Source: Pseudomonadota bacterium (GTDB lineage: Bacteria; Pseudomonadota; Alphaproteobacteria; Rhizobiales; Xanthobacteraceae). From it: a stretch of DNA of 64,000 nucleotides. How positions within the stretch are numbered: the stretch's first letter is position 1; the number at the start of each line of letters is the position of its first letter. This document shows positions 19,318 to 28,496 of this stretch, in pieces. Both the position numbers and the translations under genes were made by a program. The stretch lies in NCBI GenBank assembly GCA_023442085.1, contig JAEZMT010000085.1:302-64301 (forward strand), read 5' to 3'. The notes under the pieces were generated by a model, which saw only the letters and a program-made list of their open reading frames with translations, was not told the origin of the DNA and ran no database searches.

Positions 19318-20451
19318 TCACTTGATGGGGTTTTGCACGTCGACCTTGGCGTAGATCTCTTCCCACAGAAGGCGTTTGAACGTCGCTGGGTCGCGGCCGT
19401 TCTTCTCCAGCAGCCCTCGCCACTTGTCGGCTAGGCGGGACAGTTCGGCAGCGATCTTCTCCGGATCCTTCACGCCGACCTTGGCGCCCTTCTCCACCGC
19501 TGTTGCGGTGTACTTTTTTGCAAAATCCTTGATGAAGGCACCAAATTCAGCATCCCCCTTGTAAAATTTGGTGCCCTTCTTTGTGTACTCGGCCACAACT
19601 TCTTCATCCTCATGGATGTAGTTGAAGATCGAATCCGTGACCAGTTGAGGCAAGTTGGTGACGATCGCCTTGCGCTGGTCGACGGTCAAAGCATTCCACT
19701 TGTCGATCCGAAGGTCGAACAGGGCCGCTCCAAGAAAGCCGCCGAGCGGGTCGAGCAGCACGAACTTCGCCGCCTCGCCGTAAGAGCGCGCCTTCTGGGC
19801 GGCGATGGAATGAAGCGCGCAATCGATGATGCCGCGATCCAGTGCCTCGTAGCCTTCGTCGGGGCTAACGTTGACTGGCACCGCACCGAGGGCGCGCGCC
19901 AGATCGGCATATGCGGAAATGCCGCGTACGCGCTTGCCTTTGAAGTCCGAGAGCTTCTTCATCTCGGTACGGCAGTGGTAGACATAGGGCGTCAGCGCAT
20001 AGGTGGCGAGAAAGCGCGTGTTGAACTTTTTGAATTCATCGGTGCATTGCGGGCAGTTGAACAGCTCCAGTTCGTTCAGAACGGCCGTCATCACGAGCGG
20101 CTCATCGTTGAGCAGACTGAACTCGGCGAGGAAGTTGTCCACCGGCATTTCGGTGGGAATGTAGGCGCCGACGAAATACCCGGCATCGGCGATACCGTCC
20201 CGCACGCCGCCCGGAATGTCCTTGCCCGACAGGAGAGACGATCCGAAGTGATACTCGAACTTCAGCGTACCCTTTGAATCCCGCTCCACGTCCTGAAAGT
20301 AGCGCAGGAGCACAGGATTGGTGATGTGTTTTGGGTTGAGATAGTTCGCGTAGACGATCTTGATGGTGTCGGCCGCCTGGGCGGAGGCCGGCATAAGCGC
20401 CATGCCCCCGCAGATAGCCGCCAGACCGGCGGCGAAAAGGACGCGTTTCAT
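19318..20451 (-). CDS. dctP: TRAP transporter substrate-binding protein (DctP family)
   Basis: Signal peptide, DFKGKRVR, ALGAVPVNV, YEALDRGIIDC; adjacent to dctM/dctQ. Confidence 0.88.
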   Translation of the reverse strand: MKRVLFAAGLAAICGGMALMPASAQAADTIKIVYANYLNPKHITNPVLLRYFQDVERDSKGTLKFEYHFGSSLLSGKDIPGGVRDGIADAGYFVGAYIPTEMPVDNFLAEFSLLNDEPLVMTAVLNELELFNCPQCTDEFKKFNTRFLATYALTPYVYHCRTEMKKLSDFKGKRVRGISAYADLARALGAVPVNVSPDEGYEALDRGIIDCALHSIAAQKARSYGEAAKFVLLDPLGGFLGAALFDLRIDKWNALTVDQRKAIVTNLPQLVTDSIFNYIHEDEEVVAEYTKKGTKFYKGDAEFGAFIKDFAKKYTATAVEKGAKVGVKDPEKIAAELSRLADKWRGLLEKNGRDPATFKRLLWEEIYAKVDVQNPIK

Positions 20452-20476
20452 TTTGTCTCCTCCCGATTTTTCTTTT

Positions 20477-21784
20477 TCACTTCATTATATTTGGCAAGAA
20501 AAGAGAGATTTCAGGGAAGGAAATGAGAATAATCAGCGTAACGATGTCGGTGACGATGAACCACATCACGCCCTTGAAGATCGTCTCCAGCGGCACCGAC
20601 TTCCCGACCACGCTCTTGATAACGAAGACATTGAGGCCGACCGGCGGCGTCACGAGCCCGATCTCAAGGTACTTGATGACGAGGACGTCAAACCAGATCA
20701 AGTTCAGATGGGCCGCCTCCAGGACTGGCAGCATGATCGGCAACGTCAAAAGCATAATACCAATAGAATCGAGGAACATTCCGAGGATGATATAGATAAC
20801 CGACGCACCGATGATGATGTAGAGCCAGTGCAGCTCCATCCCGTCGACGACGTGGGCCACATAAGCCGGCAAGCCGGATACAGCCATGAAACGCGACAGC
20901 AGGAAGCCGCCGAGCGCGATAAAAAGAATGGTGGCGGTTGAATTCACCGATTCCACCACCGATTCCTTGACCACGCGCCAGTTCAGGCCACCCCGCAGCG
21001 CGACGATGACGAACGTCATCAATGCACCGCCCGCGGCGGCTTCGGTGGCGGTGAAGATGCCCACATACATGCTGCCGATCACCGCCAGCACCAGAACCGG
21101 CAACGGCCACACCGCCCCCAGCACCGTCCAGCGGTCCGCCCAGCTCACCGCCTCTTCCACCGGCGGGGCCAAGGCGGGATTCAGCTTGCAGCGGATTGCG
21201 ATCATGGTCGCGAACATGACCGCCGACAGAATTCCTGGGATGACGCCCGCGACAAGAGCCTGACTCACCGAGACCTCGGCGAAGATGGCGTAGAGCACCA
21301 TCAGAATGCTGGGCGGAATCAGCGAGCCAAGCGTGCCGGCGGCAGCCACCGCACCGGTGGCAAGGCCCGGATCATAGCGGTAGCGCAGCATTTCCGGGAT
21401 CGCGATGCGCCCCATGGCCGACGCGGTAGCGACGCTGGAGCCAGAGGCGGCAGCAAACATCGCGCAGGCGGCGGTGCTGGCCACCGCGAGCCCGCCCGGC
21501 AGCGCGCTCAGCCACAACCGCGCGGCCCTGTAGAGGCTTTGGGTCAGTCCGCCGTGATAGGCCAGGGTTCCCATGAGGATAAACATCGGCACCGCCGACA
21601 TCGACCAATGGGCGATGAAGTTGTAGGGCTGCTCGGCAAGCACGCTCATCGCCGCCGCCGGCCCGCGTATAATTAGCATCCCGACCACGGAAACCGAGGC
21701 GAGCGCGAAGGCGATGGGCACCCGCACGGCCAGCATCAGCAACAGAATGGCGATCGCAAGAATGCCGACGGTGATCGATGACAT
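20477..21784 (-). CDS. dctM: TRAP transporter large permease
   Basis: AVPMFILMG, SGSSVATA, GTLGSLIPPS, EIGLVTPPVGLN. Confidence 0.93.
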   Translation of the reverse strand: MSSITVGILAIAILLLMLAVRVPIAFALASVSVVGMLIIRGPAAAMSVLAEQPYNFIAHWSMSAVPMFILMGTLAYHGGLTQSLYRAARLWLSALPGGLAVASTAACAMFAAASGSSVATASAMGRIAIPEMLRYRYDPGLATGAVAAAGTLGSLIPPSILMVLYAIFAEVSVSQALVAGVIPGILSAVMFATMIAIRCKLNPALAPPVEEAVSWADRWTVLGAVWPLPVLVLAVIGSMYVGIFTATEAAAGGALMTFVIVALRGGLNWRVVKESVVESVNSTATILFIALGGFLLSRFMAVSGLPAYVAHVVDGMELHWLYIIIGASVIYIILGMFLDSIGIMLLTLPIMLPVLEAAHLNLIWFDVLVIKYLEIGLVTPPVGLNVFVIKSVVGKSVPLETIFKGVMWFIVTDIVTLIILISFPEISLFLPNIMK

Positions 21785-21834
21785 GGTGTGCCCTTGAAGA
21801 CGTCGGTTCGGGGAAAGGCGGAGGGTGCGTGGCG

Positions 21835-22377
21835 TCAGTCGACGTCGAGCGCGTGGCCATGACGGGCGCCGCCCGGTGCCGGCCTTCCAAGTAGGGCGGC
21901 GCGCGCTTCCTCCGCTGCGTTAAGCAGGAGATAGAGCGCAAGCACCAGTGCGCCGGCCACTACCAGCCAGCGGGTTGGCCAGATCGTGACGATTACCGTG
22001 CCGACGGCGTATTCGCCGGCCCGTGTCATGGCGAGGGCCTTGAAGTAGGTCGCATAGCAGAACACGAGCGTTCCGGCGGCGCAGGCGAGGCAGACGACCG
22101 CATCGAGCGCGGCCACAGCGCGTGGCGGCATCCAGCCGGTGAACAGCTCGATGATAACGTGCGCCTTATCCCGCTGCACGCAGGCCAGCGGCAGGAACGT
22201 CACGGCAACCATGAAGTAGTTGGCGGTCAGTTCCTGACTGCCGGGCACGGTGCCGTTGAACAGGCTGCGCGCAACCGCATCGGCGACGACGATCACCATC
22301 ATCAGCACAATGCTCACGCCCGCGGCAAGCAGCAGCACATTCGCTACCGGATCGAGGATCCTGCGCGCCAATCCCAT
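21835..22377 (-). CDS. dctQ: TRAP transporter small permease
   Basis: Four hydrophobic segments, AHVIIELF, WP motif; upstream of dctM. Confidence 0.87.
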   Translation of the reverse strand: MGLARRILDPVANVLLLAAGVSIVLMMVIVVADAVARSLFNGTVPGSQELTANYFMVAVTFLPLACVQRDKAHVIIELFTGWMPPRAVAALDAVVCLACAAGTLVFCYATYFKALAMTRAGEYAVGTVIVTIWPTRWLVVAGALVLALYLLLNAAEEARAALLGRPAPGGARHGHALDVD

Positions 22378-22544
22378 GGGTCCCTCCCGTGTGCGCCGGT
22401 CATGCCGGACGCATCCTCGTTAACTCGAACCATAACAAAGCCTTGATACAGATCAACACAATTCGTCCAGATTGATACTCTGAATTTCGGCATTAATTGG
22501 CCCATGCGTTTCGCCGTAGTCACCACACGCTTAGTAGCCCCCCG

Positions 22545-23930
22545 TCATTCCCGGGGTTTTTCTGGCGGCGGAGCAAGCAAAGCGCAGCCATGCCGGGCCA
22601 CGAAGTCGGTCGTGGCCAGACCGGCGCAAAATTCCTCATGCGCAAGCACGGAACGCAGGAAGGCGAGATTGCTCCCCACGCCAGCGATACACGTTGCCGC
22701 CAAAGCATCATCAAGGCGTCGCCGAGCGGCTTCCCTGCCCGGACCCCACGCGATCACCTTGGCAATCATGGGATCGTAGAATGGGGTGATCTCGTCGCCC
22801 GCCCGAACCCCCGTATCGATGCGCAGGCCGTCCTCCAATGCAGGAAGATCCAGTCGCGCAAGTCGTCCCGGCGTTGGCAGGAACCCGCGGTCCGGAGCCT
22901 CCGCATAAATGCGGGCTTCGATGGCATGGCCGACCGCCATCGGCGGATCGGAGATCGCCGCCGAGAGGTCTTCGCCGGCCGCCTGACGCAGTTGCAATGC
23001 CACCAGATCGAGGCCCGTCACCATTTCCGTGACGGGGTGCTCCACCTGGATGCGCGTGTTCATCTCCAGGAAATAGAAGCGCCCGGTAGCGGCGTCGACG
23101 ATGAATTCAACGGTCCCGGCGCCGAGGTACCCGACACGCGCCGCAATGCGAGCGGCCGCATTCCTCAGCCCATGGGAAACGCCGTCGGGCAGGTTTGCAG
23201 CGGGGCTCTCTTCGACCACTTTCTGGAAGCGGCGCTGCACGGAACAGTCTCGCTCGGGAAAGGCGATGACCTGGCCAGGAGCAACGCCAAACACCTGGAC
23301 TTCGACATGGCGCGCGGCGGCGACGAAATGTTCGAGATACACGCCGTCATCGCCAAAGCTGCGGGCCGCTTGCTCGCGCGCACGTTCAACGGCGGCCGGA
23401 AGGTCGGCTTCGGCGTCGACGCGACGCATGCCGATGCCCCCGCCCCCGCCGGTCGCCTTCACCAGCAGCGGGAACCCCACAGATGCACCGAGGCCGGGCA
23501 GGTCCTCACCCATGTCCCGGTGCAACCGTCCAGATCCTGGCAGAACCGGGACACCCGCATCCTCGGCCCGCGCGCGGGCGCGCCCCTTGTCACCCATCTC
23601 GGCGATGATGGCGTCAGTCGGGCCCACGAAAAGGAGCCCGGCTTCCACGACTTGTCGTGCAAAAGAGGGGCTCTCCGAGAGGAAGCCGTAGCCGGGATGG
23701 ATGGCCGTGGCGCCTGTGGCGCGCGCGGCTTCCAGAATGGCCTGGGCATCGAGATAGCTCTGCCGCGCCGGAGGGGGACCGACGCGCACCGCCTCGTCCG
23801 CCAGTTCCACGTGAAGCGCGTTGCGGTCGGCGTCAGAGTAGACTGCGACGCTTCTAAGCCCGAGGTCGCGGCAGGCACGCACGATGCGGCAGGCGATCTC
23901 GCCGCGATTGGCGATGAGGACACTCTTCAT
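22545..23930 (-). CDS. Biotin carboxylase subunit (no BCCP domain)
   Basis: IANRGEIA, HPGYGFLSE, ERDCSVQRRFQK, EMNTRIQVEHPVTE, FYDPMIAK. Confidence 0.93.
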   Translation of the reverse strand: MKSVLIANRGEIACRIVRACRDLGLRSVAVYSDADRNALHVELADEAVRVGPPPARQSYLDAQAILEAARATGATAIHPGYGFLSESPSFARQVVEAGLLFVGPTDAIIAEMGDKGRARARAEDAGVPVLPGSGRLHRDMGEDLPGLGASVGFPLLVKATGGGGGIGMRRVDAEADLPAAVERAREQAARSFGDDGVYLEHFVAAARHVEVQVFGVAPGQVIAFPERDCSVQRRFQKVVEESPAANLPDGVSHGLRNAAARIAARVGYLGAGTVEFIVDAATGRFYFLEMNTRIQVEHPVTEMVTGLDLVALQLRQAAGEDLSAAISDPPMAVGHAIEARIYAEAPDRGFLPTPGRLARLDLPALEDGLRIDTGVRAGDEITPFYDPMIAKVIAWGPGREAARRRLDDALAATCIAGVGSNLAFLRSVLAHEEFCAGLATTDFVARHGCALLAPPPEKPRE

Positions 23931-23989
23931 CGACCCCTTCCCGGTTCGGAGCGTGGAGCCAGCGGCCTGGGCCCGGCTGGGATGCGTGC

Positions 23990-24406
23990 TTATTGCTGAA
24001 ACGCGAGGGTAGCGTTGCCCTGGAAGACGAGCCGCCGCTCGACCTCGCCTCTCACCGCGAGATCGCAGCAGGGGACCCCCTGCCGCATCTCCTTCGCCAC
24101 CACTTCGACGGTCATCACCACCACGTCACCCGGTCGCACCGGGTTGAGGAAGCGCCCTTCGATGTCGCGCACGAACGCGCCCGGACCGCCGAACGCAGAG
24201 GCGCTGCGCCCGGCGATACCCATGGTCAGCATGCCGTGGGCAATCACGCCGCCCAGCCCGGCCTCCTGGGCATAGACGTCATCGTAGTGGATACGGTTGA
24301 AGTCGCCCGAGGCGCCCGCATACATCACCAGTTGTCGGGTGGTAACGGCATCGCTCGAAAGCGTCTCCCGGTCCCCCACGGCCAGTTCGTCGAAGCGCCT
24401 CTGCAT
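23990..24406 (-). CDS. MaoC-like (R)-hydratase, catalytic (HadB-like) subunit
   Basis: YAGASGDFNRIHYD hydratase motif, IAHGML. Confidence 0.88.
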   Translation of the reverse strand: MQRRFDELAVGDRETLSSDAVTTRQLVMYAGASGDFNRIHYDDVYAQEAGLGGVIAHGMLTMGIAGRSASAFGGPGAFVRDIEGRFLNPVRPGDVVVMTVEVVAKEMRQGVPCCDLAVRGEVERRLVFQGNATLAFQQ

Positions 24407-24417
24407 CGCGCTGCGCC

Positions 24418-25581
24418 TCAACGCTGGAGGGTCGAATCGAAAGTCTCGTTCAGCACTGCTTGGCCAACGATCTGCGCGGTGCGGTCATGCCCCGCATGCA
24501 GCACGTGCGTCTCCAGATCGCGGAGATAGCGACTGAGCGGATACTCGTCGAACAGCGCAGTCGAGCCAACCGCATGGATCAGCTTGTGGGACAGCTCGAA
24601 GGCGACGTGCGCTGCCGTGGACTTGGCGCTCATGGAGAGCAACTCCGCCTCGACCACCGATCGTGTCTTGAACGCGCGGATGGCGTCGTGGAAGAGAGAT
24701 CCGGCGGCATCGAGGGCGATGCGCATCTCACCCATACGCATCTGGATCAGTTCCGCCCTGCCGCGCCCGCGCTCGATCAGGTATTGGCGGCACCACTCAT
24801 ACATGCCCTCCGTGGTGCCGAGATAGTTGGCGGTGAAACCGAGATGAAACCGGCCCTGCCAGCGCCCACGGGGATAGGCGCCGGGTTCACCGAGGACATG
24901 GCTGTCCGGAATGAACACATTGTCGAGGGTGATGATCGGGCTTGCCGCGGCCCGCATGCCGTTGGGCCGATACCAGTCATTGTCGATCGTCACACCCTTC
25001 ATTCCGGGCTCGACGATGAGCATCTGATGGTTGTCGAGATAGTTGTTCACGCCATCGATGGCGGCGAAAATGATGGCAAAGCTCATCATCGGGCCGTTCG
25101 TGGCGTAATTTTTCTCGCCATTCAGGATGAACCCTCCGTCCACCCGCTTGGCGGACGTGTTCATCATGTACATGTGCTTGCGTTTGGCCTCGGAGCCCAC
25201 GAAGCCGGACAGAGACGGGCGCTCGAACATGGGCTTGATGAAGCGTTCGCGCTGCTCCGGCGTGCCTAGATCGTTCACCGCCCAGGCGGTGTGGTTCTGC
25301 ACCTGGTAGCAATGGGCGGTGGAACTGCACCCCCGCGCGATCACGCGCAGCGCCTGCAGATAGGTGGCGGGATCGTCCGTGGTGAGATTCGAGCCCTTAC
25401 CGCCCATCTCCTTGGGCAGCGTCGTGGTCAGCCAGCCGCGGGAGAAAAGCGCCTCGATATTTTCGCGGGGCATGTCGCAATTGGCGTCATAGCTCGCGCC
25501 GCGCGGGCGAAACTCTCCGATTGCAAGGGCTTCCAGCTCCTTGATGTCGCCGCGCTCCAGCGCCTCGACCGGATCGATCAT
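24418..25581 (-). CDS. Acyl-CoA dehydrogenase-fold protein, DszC/SfnB-like flavin monooxygenase
   Basis: ACAD fold (LNGEKNYAT, GMRAAAS), QVQNH and C-terminal RDLETHVLH instead of IYEGT; ATG 25581 after GGAGG. Confidence 0.72.
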   Translation of the reverse strand: MIDPVEALERGDIKELEALAIGEFRPRGASYDANCDMPRENIEALFSRGWLTTTLPKEMGGKGSNLTTDDPATYLQALRVIARGCSSTAHCYQVQNHTAWAVNDLGTPEQRERFIKPMFERPSLSGFVGSEAKRKHMYMMNTSAKRVDGGFILNGEKNYATNGPMMSFAIIFAAIDGVNNYLDNHQMLIVEPGMKGVTIDNDWYRPNGMRAAASPIITLDNVFIPDSHVLGEPGAYPRGRWQGRFHLGFTANYLGTTEGMYEWCRQYLIERGRGRAELIQMRMGEMRIALDAAGSLFHDAIRAFKTRSVVEAELLSMSAKSTAAHVAFELSHKLIHAVGSTALFDEYPLSRYLRDLETHVLHAGHDRTAQIVGQAVLNETFDSTLQR

Positions 25582-25630
25582 CGTTTCCTCCAATTCCGAT
25601 TATTCTTGAGAGGGTCGCACCGCGCTGCGA

Positions 25631-26410
25631 TCAGCCGCGCCGTGTCTCCGGGCCGCCGCTCGCATAGACGACTTGCCCATTCACGAAGCCTGCCTCGTCG
25701 GAACACAGGAAGCAGACGAGGTTCGCCACGTCGCGCGGCACGCCAACCCGGCCAATGGCGATGGTCTTCGCACGCATCTGACGGTAGGCCTCAGGCTCGT
25801 GGCCAAGCCGGCGGGCCGTGAACTGCGTCATTTCGGTATCGATGAAGCCGGGCGCCACTGCGTTCACATTGATGTTGAAGCGCCCCAGCTCGAGCGCGAG
25901 GCTGCGGGTGAAACCTTGCAGCCCGGCCTTGGCGGTCGAATAGTTGACCTGCCCGCGATTTCCGAGCGCAGAGGTGGAAGAAATGTTGCAGATTTTGCCG
26001 TAATTCTGGCGCACCATGTACCGTTGTGCGGCGCGCGTACACAGAAATGCGCCACGCAGATGGACCCCCATCACGAGATCCCAATCCTCATCTTCCATCT
26101 TGTGAATGAGGTTATCTCTGGTGACGCCGGCATTGTTGACGAGCACGTCGATCCCGCCGAGCCGCTGCGCCACCTCTTCTGCCATCGTCTCCACGCTCTC
26201 ACGAACGGAGACGTCGCAGGCAATGCCCACCGCTTGGGTTTCGTAGGTCGCAGCGATTTCCGCAGCCGTAGCCGCGGCGGTGGCTGCGTCGAGATCGACC
26301 ACCGCCACGGCGGCACCGTCCTCCGCGAACCTCTCCGCCGTTGCCCGGCCGATACCTCGGGCAGAGCCAGTGACGACCACCCGCCGGCCGGAAAAGCGCT
26401 TCTCCCTCAT
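25631..26410 (-). CDS. FabG-like SDR (3-oxoacyl-CoA/ACP reductase family)
   Basis: TGSARGIG, NNAGVTRD, GNRGQVNYSTAKAG. Confidence 0.9.
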   Translation of the reverse strand: MREKRFSGRRVVVTGSARGIGRATAERFAEDGAAVAVVDLDAATAAATAAEIAATYETQAVGIACDVSVRESVETMAEEVAQRLGGIDVLVNNAGVTRDNLIHKMEDEDWDLVMGVHLRGAFLCTRAAQRYMVRQNYGKICNISSTSALGNRGQVNYSTAKAGLQGFTRSLALELGRFNINVNAVAPGFIDTEMTQFTARRLGHEPEAYRQMRAKTIAIGRVGVPRDVANLVCFLCSDEAGFVNGQVVYASGGPETRRG

Positions 26411-26495
26411 CGCGTATCTCTCCCATCGAACTCCTCGCCGCATCTGCCAATGCCGGGGGGCTCTTATTGTTGGCTCATTCTGAGCACGTTCAAAT

Positions 26496-26559
26496 CAGAT
26501 TGTCATCATTAATATGGTAATAATCTGTGTTATTTGCGGAGAGCAATGATGACAATCTG
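26496..26559. promoter_or_regulatory. Perfect 15-bp inverted repeat in an AT-rich promoter region
   Basis: CAGATTGTCATCATT (26496-26510) and AATGATGACAATCTG (26545-26559), 34-bp spacer. Confidence 0.65.
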
Positions 26560-26589
26560 CAACTTCAATAGCTGCGGGTTCCTCTTTGA

Positions 26590-28236
26590 TCACGGAGAAG
26601 TCGGGCGCCTCGTCTCCGGCGGCACGAGACCGAGGCGTTCCAACGCCTCGCCGCGAAGCTTGAATTTCTGGACCTTGCCAGTGCCGGAGGTCAGCGGCAG
26701 CGCTTCGATGAAAAATACGCGGGCCGGCATCTTGTAGGCGGCGATCTTCGGCTTCAGGTAGCCGAGCAATTCCGACTCTTGCACCCCCTCCCCGGTGGCG
26801 GCAACCACGAAGGCGATGCCCACCTCGCCATGTCGATCGTCGGGCACACCGACGACGGCACACGCCTCGACGCACGGGTGGCGCTCCAGCACGGCTTCCA
26901 CCTCCGCCGGAGAGACGTTGAAGCCGCGCGACTTATAGGTGTCGCCAAGGCGGCCGAGCAGGGTAACGCGGCCGGTCTCGTCCTGCCGCCCCCAGTCGCC
27001 GGTGCGCAGCCAGCCTTCAGGGTTGATGGCGCGGCCCGTCTCCTCTGGCTTCTTGTAGTAGCCAAGCATGATGGAATAGCCGCGCACCCAGATCTCGCCC
27101 GGCTCGCCGGCGGGCATGGGCGCGAGCGTCGCGGGGTCGATGATGGCCACTTCGAGGTCGGGCAGCGGCCAACCCTGAGTGGCGTGTCGCACCTTGCGCG
27201 GGTCGTCCCAGCGGTTGCGGGTCACCACGGTGGTGGTCTCGGTCATGCCATAGCCGGTGATGGTGCCGGGCACGCCCAGTTCATCCTCCACCTGGGCGAG
27301 GATTTCGGGGTCAATGCTCAACGTGTAGGCGAGGCGCAGCGACGAGGTGTCGGTCCTGCGAAAATCCTCATGGGCGAGGAGCTGGCGCAGGATCGGTGGC
27401 AGCACGTGCATGCCAGTGACTTTCTCGCGCGCGATCGCGGCAAGGCAGGCACCGGCATCGAACTGCTCGCCCAGCACGACCTTGGCTCCACGCACCCAGT
27501 AGGGTGCGATGCCGTTCATCGTGGCCATGGAACCGAACATGGGAATTGCGAGATAGAGGCAGTCGTCCGCGGTCAGATCCACGCGGATGCCGATGTCCCA
27601 GGCCTTGCGCCACAGGCAATGGGAAATCATCGCCCCCTTCGGCAGTGCCGTGGTGCCGGAGCTGTATGAGATAATGGCCGGGGACACAGGATCATACGCC
27701 ATGTCCGGCATCGCAACCGAGGAACTGTCGAGCCCGGCCCAGGTGAGAGCGCCGGAATAGCCGCGGTTCGTGTCCTCACAGACAATTACAAAATCGAGCA
27801 ACGGCAGGGCTTCGCCTGCTATTGCGCCCGGCGAGCCGTCGCGGAGGCCGGGGCACAGATCTGCGAGAGCAATGAGGAAATCGGGTCCGTCACCAGCCTC
27901 GGTCACAACCACCGCCCGGCAGTCGGATTGTCCCAGCTGGTAGGCAATTTCGTCGCGCCGAAGTCGGGTGTTCAGCATCACGCAGACCAGTCCCATCTGC
28001 GCCGCGCCGAGCCACGACCAAATGAACTCCGGCCGGTTCGGCATCAGAATTCCGACTTTGTCGCCGGGCTTCAGCCCCAGCGCCGCGAACCGCCGGGACG
28101 CAGCGTCGGCCTCGCGGCGGAGATCGGCGAAGGAGAAGCGCTGATCGCGGAACACCAGGGCGTCTCGCTCCCCATGGCGCGCGGAAAGCATCGCCAAAGC
28201 CTGCGCGTAGGTCGCATTGTGGAACGGATTGCTCAT
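26590..28236 (-). CDS. AMP-binding acyl-CoA synthetase
   Basis: SYSSGTTALPKG, GYGMTET, GWLRTGD, GKVQK; start MSNPF at 28236. Confidence 0.92.
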   Translation of the reverse strand: MSNPFHNATYAQALAMLSARHGERDALVFRDQRFSFADLRREADAASRRFAALGLKPGDKVGILMPNRPEFIWSWLGAAQMGLVCVMLNTRLRRDEIAYQLGQSDCRAVVVTEAGDGPDFLIALADLCPGLRDGSPGAIAGEALPLLDFVIVCEDTNRGYSGALTWAGLDSSSVAMPDMAYDPVSPAIISYSSGTTALPKGAMISHCLWRKAWDIGIRVDLTADDCLYLAIPMFGSMATMNGIAPYWVRGAKVVLGEQFDAGACLAAIAREKVTGMHVLPPILRQLLAHEDFRRTDTSSLRLAYTLSIDPEILAQVEDELGVPGTITGYGMTETTTVVTRNRWDDPRKVRHATQGWPLPDLEVAIIDPATLAPMPAGEPGEIWVRGYSIMLGYYKKPEETGRAINPEGWLRTGDWGRQDETGRVTLLGRLGDTYKSRGFNVSPAEVEAVLERHPCVEACAVVGVPDDRHGEVGIAFVVAATGEGVQESELLGYLKPKIAAYKMPARVFFIEALPLTSGTGKVQKFKLRGEALERLGLVPPETRRPTSP

Positions 28237-28431
28237 TGTTGTTTCCCTTCCCTCCCGGGATTCGACCCGCCCTAAGTGAAGGCGCGCCAGTTGATCGTTT
28301 CCGGAGAATGCGCCGCAGCGTGGGGCCGGCGCCGCGGAGATCCGACATGCGACTGCGCCGTCCGGCGGGGTGCGGGAGCAGATGTCCGGCCGCCTCGGTG
28401 AAGCCGGTCGCCTCCGTAACATCCCTGTATC

Positions 28432-28457
28432 AATGTAGCCGTCATATAAGTTACATT
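28432..28457. promoter_or_regulatory. AATGTA-N14-TACATT operator candidate
   Basis: Same arms and spacing recur at 33239-33264; both lie in divergent promoters. Confidence 0.55.
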
Positions 28458-28496
28458 ATGCCCGACATTGATCTTGGGCCGGAGAACCCGAACGCC

